Position numbers and translations under genes: made by a program. Below, one piece after another: positions 47,193 to 57,027 of a DNA stretch of 64,000 nt. Origin of the DNA: Kiritimatiellia bacterium. GTDB taxonomy: Bacteria > Verrucomicrobiota > Kiritimatiellia > RFP12 > JBMNHG01. How positions within the stretch are numbered: the first letter of the stretch is position 1; each line of letters starts with the position of its first letter. Location of the stretch: positions 417,167 through 481,166 of the forward strand of contig JBMNHG010000006.1 in NCBI GenBank assembly GCA_050950285.1, written 5' to 3'. The notes under the pieces were generated by a model. It did not search any database, was not told where the DNA came from, and was given only the letters and a program-made list of their open reading frames with translations.

Positions 47193-49598
47193 ATGAAGCA
47201 GACGAAACGGATGGCCCGCCTTGCGGGCACGGCGCTGGCGATCGCGCTTGCGGGAACCGCCCGCGCCGCCGATGCAGGGCCCGTCCAGCCGCCGGTCGAG
47301 GCGGCGGCACCGGTCCACGAACCCGTCATGGACGAATCCTCTGCGCTGGCGAACGGGCTTTTCAGCCGGGGCCTCTTCGACCTGGCCGCCGCGGAATACG
47401 CCGCGCTGCTGGCGCGAGATCCCGCGCCTGCGGATAGCGACACCCTCGCCTTCCGGCTGGGCGAATGCCACCGTCGAAGCGAACGGACTGCCGAAGCCAA
47501 CGAAGCCTATCGGAAGGCGGCCGCGATCGCCCCCCGTTCCGCCAGCGGGCTCCGCGCGCGCCTCCAGCTGGGGCTTTCCGACCTCGAGTCCGGAAAGCCC
47601 GCCGAAGCCGCGCCCGGATTGCAGGCGCTCGCCGCCGATGCCGCCAGCGACCCCTCCCTGCGCATCGCCGCGCTCTTCTATGCCGCCGAGGCCTATGCCG
47701 CCTCGGGCGACACCGCTCTCGCGACCACCGACTACGCCATTGTCCGCGAAATCGCGCCGGACTCCGAAACCGCCGACTACGCCACCCTCCGCCTTGCCGC
47801 AATCCAGGCCGCCGGGGATGACGCCTCCGTCGCGACGGCGCGAGCCGCCTGCCGCGAATTGGTCGATCGCCCCGCCGCGCCGCGCATCGCCGCCGAAGCA
47901 CTCTACCAGCTCGCGCAAATCGCCGAAGCCCGCAACGAACCCGACGAAGCGGCGGCGCGCTTTCTCGAGCTGATGGCCTCCTATCCCGAAGACGCCCGGG
48001 CCAAAGCCGCCCGCCTGCGCGCCGCATGGGCGTGCTTCGATGCCGGACGCTTCTCAGACGCCCGCCGCCTTGCCGACGAAGCGCTCGCCGCTTCCGCCGC
48101 CGACGCCCAAGCCGCCGCCGACGCCCTCTACCTCCGCGCGAATGCGGAACGCCAGCTCGAACTCCGCGCCGAGGCGCTCGCGGACTACGCGGAACTCCTC
48201 GAAAAGCACCCCGACAGCCGCTTCGCCACCTCCGCCCGCTACGAACGCATCCTCACCCTCCATCGCGACAGCCGCCACGCCGACGCGCTCGCCGAGGGGG
48301 ACCGCTTCGAAAACCCGCCCGACGAGCTGCTGGACGACCTGCTCTGGATCCTCGCCGAATCCGCCGCCGCAATCCCCGATCCCGCCGAAGCCGTGCAGCG
48401 CTACCGCATGCTTCTCCGGCGCACGCCCGATTCGCCCTTTGCGCCGCAGGCCTTCTACCGCCTCGCCCGCCTGCTCCAAGACCAGGAATCCTGGGCGGAG
48501 GCCTCCGCGACCTATTTGGAACTGTGCGCGGCATTCCCCGACCACGCGCTCGTTCCGCGCGCCCTCTTCGCCTCCGGAATCTGCCTCTCCCGTGCCGGGC
48601 AGGGCGACGCCGCCATCCGCGACTGGCAGACCCTCGTCCAGCGCTTCCCAGACGACGAAACCGTTCCGGAAGCCCTCTACCAGCGCGCCATGGAAGACCT
48701 GCGCGCCCAGCGTTCGGCCGACGCCGCCGACGCCCTCGACGAGTTGCTGCGACGCTTCCCGGACCACATCCGCCGCCCCGACGCCCTCTTCTGGCGCGGC
48801 GTGATCCACCATCAAGGCGAAGACAACGCCGAAGCCACGCGCCTCCTGCGCGATGCGCTCGCCGCAAACCCCTCGCGCGACATCGAGCTGGAGGCCACCT
48901 ATCTCCTGGGCGCCATCGCCCAGAGCCAGGGCAGAACCGATGAAGCCGCCGCCCTCTTCCAGCCCCTGCTCGATTCGACCGCGCGCGAAAAATTCCCGCC
49001 GGAACGGCTCGCATGGCTCTCCGAATTCCAGTTCGACCGAGGCGAACATGCCGCCGCGGCATCCGCCGCCCAGACCCTCCGCGACACCTCCGACGATCCC
49101 GTCTGGAAACAAACGGCATGGGTGCTCCTCGCACGCGCCAGCCGCGCTTCCGGCGACACGGCCGCCGCCATCGACGCCCTCGAGCAGGCGCTCGCCCTGG
49201 GCGTGAACGGGCGTTTCGCCCCCGAAGCCGCGCTGCGCCTGGGCGAATCGCTGCTCGAACAGGGCAAGACCGACGAGGCCGAAGCCCGCTTGCGAAACGC
49301 CGTCGAACGCGCCGCCACCCCGGAATTCCTCGATGTCCGGGCCCGCGCCACGGCCGCGCTCGGCAGAACCGCCGAAGCGCGCGGCGACAAAGAAACCGCC
49401 ATCCGCTACCACTTCGCCGTGGCGATCCTCTACGACGACGCGCAACTCGTCCCCGCCGCCCTCGACCGCGCCGCCGCCCTTCTCGCGGAACTCGGCCGCG
49501 CCGGGGAATCGGCCGCCGCCGCGAACGAACTCGTCGAACGCTATCCGGAAGCCCCCCAGGCCAAAGCCTGGAAGGAACGCCTTGCCGGGAAGCCGTAA
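47193..49598 (+). CDS. exported multi-TPR protein
   Basis: Signal peptide; many ALY/ALF...YP(D/E)/FPD TPR units. Confidence 0.88.
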   Translation: MKQTKRMARLAGTALAIALAGTARAADAGPVQPPVEAAAPVHEPVMDESSALANGLFSRGLFDLAAAEYAALLARDPAPADSDTLAFRLGECHRRSERTAEANEAYRKAAAIAPRSASGLRARLQLGLSDLESGKPAEAAPGLQALAADAASDPSLRIAALFYAAEAYAASGDTALATTDYAIVREIAPDSETADYATLRLAAIQAAGDDASVATARAACRELVDRPAAPRIAAEALYQLAQIAEARNEPDEAAARFLELMASYPEDARAKAARLRAAWACFDAGRFSDARRLADEALAASAADAQAAADALYLRANAERQLELRAEALADYAELLEKHPDSRFATSARYERILTLHRDSRHADALAEGDRFENPPDELLDDLLWILAESAAAIPDPAEAVQRYRMLLRRTPDSPFAPQAFYRLARLLQDQESWAEASATYLELCAAFPDHALVPRALFASGICLSRAGQGDAAIRDWQTLVQRFPDDETVPEALYQRAMEDLRAQRSADAADALDELLRRFPDHIRRPDALFWRGVIHHQGEDNAEATRLLRDALAANPSRDIELEATYLLGAIAQSQGRTDEAAALFQPLLDSTAREKFPPERLAWLSEFQFDRGEHAAAASAAQTLRDTSDDPVWKQTAWVLLARASRASGDTAAAIDALEQALALGVNGRFAPEAALRLGESLLEQGKTDEAEARLRNAVERAATPEFLDVRARATAALGRTAEARGDKETAIRYHFAVAILYDDAQLVPAALDRAAALLAELGRAGESAAAANELVERYPEAPQAKAWKERLAGKP

Positions 49599-49609
49599 GG
49601 AAGGAGCCC

Positions 49610-50920
49610 ATGATTCCCCAGTGGCTGATCGAACAAAAACGCGACGGATTCGCCCTGTCCCCCGAGGACATCCGCGCATTCGTCGAAGGCTTCACCGCCG
49701 GCGACATCCCCGACTATCAGGTTTCCGCCCTCGCCATGGCCATCCTCTGGCGCGGCATGGACGAAACCGAAACCGCCGCCCTCACCGACGCCATGATCCA
49801 TTCGGGCGACACGCTGTCGTTCGACGACCTCCCGCGCCCGACCGCCGACAAACATTCCACCGGCGGCATCGGCGACAAGATTTCCCTTCCCCTCGCGCCC
49901 CTCGTCGCGGCGGCAGGCGTTGCCGTGCCCATGATCTCCGGCCGCGGACTCGGCATCACCGGCGGCACGCTGGACAAGCTGGAGTCGATCCCCGGCTTCG
50001 ACGCCCGCCTCTCCGTGGACGCCTTCCAGCGCATTGTCGCCGATGTCGGTTGCGCCATCATCGGCCAGACCGACCGCCTCGCGCCGGCAGACCGGAAGCT
50101 CTATGCCCTGCGCGACGTCACGGGCACCGTGCCCAGCATCCCGCTCATCACCGCCAGCATCCTCTCCAAGAAGATTGCCGGGGGAGCCGGCACGCTGGTC
50201 TTCGACGTGAAGTGCGGTTCCGGCGCCTTCATGAAAGACCTGGAATCCGCCCGCGCCCTGGCCCGGAGCCTCCTGTCCTCCACGGTCCGCCTCGGGCGGC
50301 GTGCCGCGGCGTTGGTCACCGACATGTCGCAACCCCTTGGCCGCACCGTCGGGAACGCCCTCGAAGTGCGCGAGTCGATTGAAATCCTCCACGGACGAGG
50401 CCCCGCCGACGTGCGCGAACTCGTGCTCCGCCTCGGCGCGCTCATGCTTGCCGCAACGGATCCGGCGCCAGGCGCGAACGCCGCCAGGGCGCGCCTGGAA
50501 CAGCTTCTGGACGACGGATCGGCCCTCGACGTCTTCCGGAGGATGGTCGCCGCCCAGGGAGGCGATGCCGCCATTTGCGAATCGCCCGACACCCCGGTCC
50601 TTCCCCGCGCGCCCGTGCAGTTCCCCGTTCCCGCTCCCCGGTCCGGATTCGTCGCGAAGGTCGATGCGGACGCCATCGGGCGCGTCGCCCTCCAGCTCGG
50701 CGCCGGGCGCACCCGCGCCTCCGATTCGATCGATCCGGCCGTTGGCATCTCCGGCCTCGTGCAACAAGGCGACCCCGTCGATGCGGGCGCGCCGCTTCTC
50801 GTCCTGCACGCCGCGACGGATTCCGACGCCCGGGCCCTCGCCCCCGCCGCGCTGGCCGCCGTGTCGCTGGCCGGAACCCCGCCCGGACCCCGCCAACTCG
50901 TCCTGGAAGAACACCGCTAG
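49610..50920 (+). CDS. pdp: thymidine/pyrimidine-nucleoside phosphorylase
   Basis: DKHSTGGIGDK, SGRGLGITGGTLDKLESIPG, LYALRDVTGTV, SILSKK, DVKCGSGAFMK. Confidence 0.93.
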   Translation: MIPQWLIEQKRDGFALSPEDIRAFVEGFTAGDIPDYQVSALAMAILWRGMDETETAALTDAMIHSGDTLSFDDLPRPTADKHSTGGIGDKISLPLAPLVAAAGVAVPMISGRGLGITGGTLDKLESIPGFDARLSVDAFQRIVADVGCAIIGQTDRLAPADRKLYALRDVTGTVPSIPLITASILSKKIAGGAGTLVFDVKCGSGAFMKDLESARALARSLLSSTVRLGRRAAALVTDMSQPLGRTVGNALEVRESIEILHGRGPADVRELVLRLGALMLAATDPAPGANAARARLEQLLDDGSALDVFRRMVAAQGGDAAICESPDTPVLPRAPVQFPVPAPRSGFVAKVDADAIGRVALQLGAGRTRASDSIDPAVGISGLVQQGDPVDAGAPLLVLHAATDSDARALAPAALAAVSLAGTPPGPRQLVLEEHR

Positions 50921-51038
50921 CCCATCCCCGCCCTGCCGCCAAAAAGCGGCGCGCCGTTTTTGCAGCGGCAGGCCGTGCGCGCGAGGGCGCGGGAAAGGCG
51001 TCGGCGTCCGGCCGGGGAACGCCGCCTCGTCGCCCGTG

Positions 51039-52961
51039 TCAACGGGACTCTTTGGAACGCTCTTTCGACGGGGGCCGAAGATCGTCGATCGCGGCGTCGT
51101 AGCGGGCGAGCGTGATCCGGATTTCGGAGGGACGGTTCCGCGCGTTCCACAGGGTGATGAACCGGCGGCGGAGGGAGCGCAGTTCCGCGAGGATTTCCTC
51201 GCGGGTCCCGGGGGTGTCCTCCCCTCCGGCGCCGAAGGCCATGAGTTTGTGCGCGGCGCAATCGGTGGCATCCACCGCGAAGATCCAGTAGGGCAGGACG
51301 CCGAACGGATCGGCGTTCTTCTGTGCCGCGAGGGATTCGAACACCGGGCGGATCGAGGCGAGGCGTCGGCGCGTTTCCGCTCCGCAGGCGGCATCGAAGG
51401 AAAAGGGCCCGGTGACGATTTCCCCGTCACGCACGAAGTTGGAGGGGACGGGTTGCGGGGCGGTGAAGACGGGCGAGTCGTGTGGCGCGAAGAGCGCGTG
51501 CTGCCAGATGCTCTGGTAGTAAGGCCCGAGATGGAGTTGCGAGATGTCGCCCAAATCGCGCAGCGCGCGCGCCACGGCGGGATCGCGCGCCTGGAGGAAG
51601 AGTTCGCAGAAGCGGGCGTCGAAACCCAGGAGATCGGCCCCGGTGTTCCACGACTGCTCGGCGCCGAAGAGATAGCCGTAGGTGGAGTACTCGAGGAAGT
51701 TGTAGTGGCCGCCGTCGCCCCAGTCCGTATTCAACAGGCCGCGTGCTCCGTTGGCCTTCCCGGCGCGGGCGAAGCCGACGATGGATGCGCGGGATTCGGG
51801 GATGCGCGGGAAGAGCGAGACGTAGGCCGACGTGGAGGGGCACACGAGGAAGGGGACGCCGGCTTCGCGGAAATCCCGGACCCGGTCGAAGGGATGGTCG
51901 TGGGCATAGCCCCAGTCCAGCACCGTCACGTCTTTCGGAATCTGCGGGATGAGGTCGGGATACTTCCGGATGATGTCGCCCCAGAACATGATCGACTTGC
52001 CGTGTTTGGCGGCGAGTTCGCGCAATTTGAGGATGTGCCCGAGGTAGACGGCGCCCTTCCCCTTTTGCCTGCACAACTCATAGCTCTGGCCGAGGCCGAG
52101 ATCCCATGTCTCGTCGCAGCAGACGTTGAACCGTTTCGAGGAGAAACAGGGCAGGAACTCGTCGAAGAGCGATTCGAGGAAGGGGTAGATGGCGGGATTC
52201 GCCGGGGAGAGCGTCCAGCCGCGATGGAGCATCCAGGCGGGCATGTCCTTCGCTTCGGGCGAGCGGTATTCGCCACGGCAGAAATCCTCGGCGAGGTCGG
52301 CGTAGCGCGGACTGGAGAGGAGGACGGAGGAGAGGTGTCCGAAAGAGGCGAGCGACGGGACGAGTTCGATGTGGAAGGCGCGGCACTCGGCGTCGATCGC
52401 GCGGATGTCGTCCGGCGAAAGGGGCGAGGCGTCGCGCCCGATATCGGGATGCCCCCGGAAGACGAAGGTATGCTCGATGTAGAGCTGGAGCTGGTTCACC
52501 TTGTACGAAGCGAGGAGGCGCACAAGGGCCAAGAGGGATTCCAGGGTGGGCACGCGGCCGCGGGCCACGTCGTAGTAGACGCCGCGTTCGGGGAAATCCG
52601 GCTCGTCGGTGATGGTCAGGCACGGCACGCCGCCGCCCGGGGTCTGCCGCACGAGCTGGGCGAGCGTCTGCACGCCGTAGAAGACTCCTGCCGGGGAGCC
52701 GCCGATGAGCGTGATCGAGCGGGGCGTGGCCATCAGCGCGTAGCCTTCGGGCGGAAGGGACGGATCCAGCGCGAGGGAGAGTTCGTCGCCGGGGCGCGGG
52801 CTGCCTGCGACGGCGCCGGGGAAGAGGCTCGCGAGGCGCGCGGCCTCGGCGGCGAGCGAAGGGTCGCCGATGCCGATCGCCGGCGTGGCGGAGGGGCAGA
52901 ACCGCCCTTCCGAGAGCGTGAGGGATTTGGGTTGCGGCAGGAGGGAGGGCATGCGGGACAT
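51039..52961 (-). CDS. glycoside hydrolase family 20 (hexosaminidase-like)
   Basis: LLPQPK, EGYAL, FYGVQTLAQL, DEPDFPERG, YIEHTF, CCDET, NTDWGDGGH. Confidence 0.88.
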   Translation of the reverse strand: MSRMPSLLPQPKSLTLSEGRFCPSATPAIGIGDPSLAAEAARLASLFPGAVAGSPRPGDELSLALDPSLPPEGYALMATPRSITLIGGSPAGVFYGVQTLAQLVRQTPGGGVPCLTITDEPDFPERGVYYDVARGRVPTLESLLALVRLLASYKVNQLQLYIEHTFVFRGHPDIGRDASPLSPDDIRAIDAECRAFHIELVPSLASFGHLSSVLLSSPRYADLAEDFCRGEYRSPEAKDMPAWMLHRGWTLSPANPAIYPFLESLFDEFLPCFSSKRFNVCCDETWDLGLGQSYELCRQKGKGAVYLGHILKLRELAAKHGKSIMFWGDIIRKYPDLIPQIPKDVTVLDWGYAHDHPFDRVRDFREAGVPFLVCPSTSAYVSLFPRIPESRASIVGFARAGKANGARGLLNTDWGDGGHYNFLEYSTYGYLFGAEQSWNTGADLLGFDARFCELFLQARDPAVARALRDLGDISQLHLGPYYQSIWQHALFAPHDSPVFTAPQPVPSNFVRDGEIVTGPFSFDAACGAETRRRLASIRPVFESLAAQKNADPFGVLPYWIFAVDATDCAAHKLMAFGAGGEDTPGTREEILAELRSLRRRFITLWNARNRPSEIRITLARYDAAIDDLRPPSKERSKESR

Positions 52962-52972
52962 GGGGGTTTCTC

Positions 52973-55015
52973 CTATTTCGTTTGGAACGGGAAGACGGGC
53001 AAGCCGTCGCCTTTGCGGCTCAGGTTCGCCTCGGGCGGACAGGCGGTATACGCATATTGCATCCGGACGGGCTCCCTCACGGCATCGCTCCAGACGAGCA
53101 CGGTGTTGTCCGGCTCGAGGGAGGCCTCGGCCCACGCGAACGCTCCGTCCTCGCCCGCGACGGCGAAGAGATGGGGGCCGAACACGCCGCCGCGCACTTC
53201 GAGGCCGTCGCCCACGTTGTCGAGCACCAGACGCAGTTTCGCGCCTTCGCGGCGCACTTCGCGGAAGCGGGGGCCGGGAATGGCGGAGGCGTCGCCATAG
53301 CACACGCGCATGGCCTCGTGGGCGAGGCGCCGGCCGACCTCCTTCTTGTTCGGGGGGTGGATGTCGGAGTGGTCGCCGATGTCGATGGTGCAGGCGACAC
53401 CCACGCCCGGATAGTCGAGGAAACCCTCCTGCATCTGCCGGAAGGGGGCGTAGCCGGGGTTGCTGTCCGGCGCCTCGGCCTCCCAGAAGCGATCGGGAAG
53501 GCGAAACTCGGGGCGGTGTTCCTGGAAGGCGGAGAGCTGGGTGATGAGGAAGGGCATCGCGGGATCGCGCCAGGCGCGGCGCCACGCTTCGATCTGCAGG
53601 GCTTGGAGCGCCTTGTAGCCTTCGGGGTCGCCGGCGTTGGAGCATCCCTGATACCAGATCACGCCGCAGAGGTTCGCGGAGGTGAAGGGGTGGACCATGG
53701 CGTTGTAGAGCGCGGTGGGGGTCTGGCAGCTGCCCCATCCGTTGTCGTCGCTCCCCGGCGCGGGCGGGCGGATGCCGGCCCATTGCGGATCGACGTGGAA
53801 CTCGACGCACTCCTTCCAGGGGAGTCCCGCGAGGTCGAAGGCCGGGCCACTGCCGGGGCAGGAGAGCGAGATCCGGCCCGCCACCGCGCCCCAGCCGTAA
53901 TGGTTCTGGACGCGCAAGGCGAGCACGTGCCGCCCTGGACCAGGGACGCCGGCAGGGTAGTCGCGGGGTTGCATCCAATACTGCGGAACGTCGATGCCGG
54001 TGGCGCCGATCTTCACGCCATCGAGGAAGACCTCGTCGCAATCGTTGATGGAATCCGCATGGAAGCGGAGTTCCCTGCCGGCATATTCGGCGGGAAGATC
54101 GAAGGCGATGCGGTACCAGACAACCCCCACCTGATGAAGGCCGGACAGGCGTTCTCGCGGATTGGAGACCCACGCGGAGTCGTCGAAGTCCGGCCGGGCC
54201 CAGTCGCGGAGCGCCTCGGCGGTACGGCCCGGATTCGTGGAGAAGTACTTGTCGCGAAGCCACGCCTCGAGGGCGGCGCGCCGGTCGGCATCGATCCGCT
54301 TCTGGAAGTCGAGGACGGCTTCGCCTTCGGCACACCCGATTTCTTCGGCGGGGTTCGAAAGGGCCGCGACCTGTTCCAGCTCGCGCGTCCGCCCGGCGCT
54401 GGCATAGGCGGAAGCGGGAATCCACGGCTCGATCAGCGTGCCGCCCCAGCTGCCGTTGATCATGCCGATCGGCACCTTGCCGCCAAGTTTTTCGCGCAGG
54501 AACGCACCAAACCAGTAGGCCACCGCGCTGAAGTCGCCCACGGCATCCGCCGACGTGGCGGGCTTCCACGAACCGCCCATAGGCGCGAGGTCGCAGGGGG
54601 CAACCGGATCGACGCCGTGCGGAACCTGATACAGGCGCAGGCCGTCGTCGTTGGCGGCGGCGGCCACCTCGCGTCCATCGCGAAGCGAATAGAAGAAATC
54701 GGCGCACACCACGAAGAACTCCATGTTCGACTGGCCGGAGGCGTACCAGACATCGCCCACGAGCACATCCTGGAAGACGACCGGCGCGCTGTTCTGGCAA
54801 GTGACGGAAAGCGTGAACGGACCGCCTTCCGGACCGGCGGGGAATTCAAGCGTCCAGCGGCCGTCGGTCCCGGCCATCGCGCGGAGGCGCACGCCTCGGA
54901 ATTCGCCGTCGATGAAAAACCCGGGCGTCGCTTCGCCGACGATGCGAACGGGCTTGTTTCGCTGGAGAACCATATGGTCGCCGTAGGCGTTGCCGATCGT
55001 GAAGGATGACCTCAT
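52973..55015 (-). CDS. sialate O-acetylesterase family protein
   Basis: HMVLQR, GDVWYASGQSNM, WGGTLIEPW, GVIWYQGCSN, DIHPPNKKEVGRRL. Confidence 0.9.
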   Translation of the reverse strand: MRSSFTIGNAYGDHMVLQRNKPVRIVGEATPGFFIDGEFRGVRLRAMAGTDGRWTLEFPAGPEGGPFTLSVTCQNSAPVVFQDVLVGDVWYASGQSNMEFFVVCADFFYSLRDGREVAAAANDDGLRLYQVPHGVDPVAPCDLAPMGGSWKPATSADAVGDFSAVAYWFGAFLREKLGGKVPIGMINGSWGGTLIEPWIPASAYASAGRTRELEQVAALSNPAEEIGCAEGEAVLDFQKRIDADRRAALEAWLRDKYFSTNPGRTAEALRDWARPDFDDSAWVSNPRERLSGLHQVGVVWYRIAFDLPAEYAGRELRFHADSINDCDEVFLDGVKIGATGIDVPQYWMQPRDYPAGVPGPGRHVLALRVQNHYGWGAVAGRISLSCPGSGPAFDLAGLPWKECVEFHVDPQWAGIRPPAPGSDDNGWGSCQTPTALYNAMVHPFTSANLCGVIWYQGCSNAGDPEGYKALQALQIEAWRRAWRDPAMPFLITQLSAFQEHRPEFRLPDRFWEAEAPDSNPGYAPFRQMQEGFLDYPGVGVACTIDIGDHSDIHPPNKKEVGRRLAHEAMRVCYGDASAIPGPRFREVRREGAKLRLVLDNVGDGLEVRGGVFGPHLFAVAGEDGAFAWAEASLEPDNTVLVWSDAVREPVRMQYAYTACPPEANLSRKGDGLPVFPFQTK

Positions 55016-55195
55016 GCTCGAAATCCTTTCCGGATGCCCCTTGCCGACATGTGGCAATTGGGGTGGAGCATACACCCATGTCGCTACCCAATGAAAGAGA
55101 AAACAGCGCCCCAGGGATCATGCGACAGGCGGGCGCGCCCTCCTGGAGGGCCGGAGAGGAGGGTGCGGCACCCTCCGCGCCGCCGCGCCATCGGA

Positions 55196-55474
55196 TTATT
55201 CCACAACGAAGACGATCTCGTTGGGGACGACGCGTCCGCTTTCACGGGCGACGCGCTCGACGTAGGCGGCATCCGTCTCGAAGCGGTCCTGCCGGTGCTG
55301 GTAGTCGGCGAGTTCCATGCGGATTCGTGCGACCGACTTCGCAAGCTCGTCGCGTTCCGCGGCCTGTTTCTGGACACGGTAATAGAGCGGCGTGCCCATG
55401 AAGCCCAGGTAAACGACCAACGCCACGAGACACGCAATCAGGACCGAAGTGAAGAAAGGTTCGAGAAACTTCAC
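55196..55474 (-). CDS. FtsB/DivIC septum formation initiator family protein
   Basis: Single TM, coiled coil, YVERVARESGRVVPNEIVF; start uncertain (55474-55492). Confidence 0.8.
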   Translation of the reverse strand: MKFLEPFFTSVLIACLVALVVYLGFMGTPLYYRVQKQAAERDELAKSVARIRMELADYQHRQDRFETDAAYVERVARESGRVVPNEIVFVVE

Positions 55475-55542
55475 CAGATGCTCCACAAACAACGAACATT
55501 GAATTTGCTTGCATCATAATGGATTATCCCAAGACGTCAAGC

Positions 55543-55586
55543 GGATTCCATATGGATTCCATGTGGATTCCATGTGGATTCCGTGG
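55543..55586. repeat. four tandem 11-bp repeats (GGATTCCATGT) between divergent promoters
   Basis: ggattccatat ggattccatgt ggattccatgt ggattccgtgg. Confidence 0.85.
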
Positions 55587-55697
55587 GGGGTGAACCGTTC
55601 GGGTTGCATCTTGGGGAGGTCCGGCGTATCATGCTTCCATTCCTTTGTGCGTACTGCACACACGACGACCCTCCCACCCGATGCAAGGATTGTTCCC

Positions 55698-56942
55698 ATG
55701 CGCTTCGTCTTTCCACTCCTCGCCGCCCTCGTTTTCAGCGCCTCCCTCGCTTCCGCCCAGACGCCCTCGTTTGCCGAATTCGACCGCAAGGCCAAGGCTG
55801 GCGAGCGCCTCACCGTCTCGTTCTTCGGCGCCTCCCTCACGTGGGGATCGAATGCCTCCGACCAGGGCACGACCTCGTACCGCGCCCGCATCGCCCAGCG
55901 CCTCGAAGCCAAATACCCCGACGCCCATTTCACCTTCCGCGACGGCGCCATCGGCGGCACGGGCTCGCAGATCGCGGTCTTCCGCCTCGAGCGCGACGCC
56001 CTCCGCTACAAGCCCGACCTGCTCTTCCTCGACTTCACCGCGAACGACGACATCTACTCCGACCATCCCGAATCGCTCGCCTCGTACGAGTCGCTCATCC
56101 GTCGCACCCTCCAGCAGGGGGTGCCCGTCGTGCAGGTGATCTTCCCCTTCCAATGGAATGTCCAGAACGTCACCCAGGAGCAGATCGATTCCTACAAGCG
56201 CCTGGTCGCCCACAAGGAGCTCTCGGCGTACTACAACACGGCCGTCGGCGATGCCGTCTCCCTCATCTTCCAGAAGATCGAGTCCGGTGAAACCACGGTG
56301 AAGGACGTCTGGCCGATCGACGGCGTCCATCCGCACGACGTGGGCTACGCCTACTTCGCCGACGCCGCGTGGGATGCCCTCGAAGGCGCCATCGCCGAAG
56401 GCCGCGAATGCACCATCCCTGCCGAAATGAAATACGCCGGCACCTACATGGCCTGGAAGCGCCAATTGGTCTCCGAGCTCGGCCTCCCCGAGGCGTGGAA
56501 GACCGGCCTCGCCAATGTGAACGGACGCTTCTACGACTTCCAGCCCTCGCGCTGGCTCGACGAAATCACGGTCGCCACGAACGGCGCCCCCGCCCTCGAG
56601 TTCGTCTTCCGGGGCTCCACCATCATCCTCTGGGGCGAGACGTCCCTGGATTGCGCCCGGCTTCTCGTGGTTGTCGATGGCCACCTCATGGACAACCCGC
56701 ACTACAACCCGAAGCGCGACACCCTTTCCTCGTATGTCTACGACTGCGGGAGGCAGGGCCGCACCATCGGCGGACCCGGCTACTTGAACCTCCCGCTCTT
56801 CTCGAACCTCGAAAATCCGGACGACGAGCACACGCTCCTTCTCATCCCGCTGTTCGACGCGTCGAACCCGAAGTCCGAGATCCGCATCGAGTCCCTCTGC
56901 GTGGCAGGCGGCAAGGATCCCGCCATCTGGGCCGCAAAGTAA
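55698..56942 (+). CDS. exported SGNH/GDSL hydrolase
   Basis: Signal peptide; FFGASLTWG, AIGGTGS, DFTAND, DGVHP. Confidence 0.87.
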   Translation: MRFVFPLLAALVFSASLASAQTPSFAEFDRKAKAGERLTVSFFGASLTWGSNASDQGTTSYRARIAQRLEAKYPDAHFTFRDGAIGGTGSQIAVFRLERDALRYKPDLLFLDFTANDDIYSDHPESLASYESLIRRTLQQGVPVVQVIFPFQWNVQNVTQEQIDSYKRLVAHKELSAYYNTAVGDAVSLIFQKIESGETTVKDVWPIDGVHPHDVGYAYFADAAWDALEGAIAEGRECTIPAEMKYAGTYMAWKRQLVSELGLPEAWKTGLANVNGRFYDFQPSRWLDEITVATNGAPALEFVFRGSTIILWGETSLDCARLLVVVDGHLMDNPHYNPKRDTLSSYVYDCGRQGRTIGGPGYLNLPLFSNLENPDDEHTLLLIPLFDASNPKSEIRIESLCVAGGKDPAIWAAK

Positions 56943-57027
56943 GCGAAACCCGTCGGCGTCGGCACCGCGACTTCAGCGGTCCGACGTCCCTTTGACGCAC
57001 CCCATCGCCCGGGCGTCGGCGACCTCC

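Noticed and set aside
55543..55586. Possible mini-CRISPR array
   Set aside because: Units are 11 bp and contiguous with no spacers, and there are no cas genes in the window.
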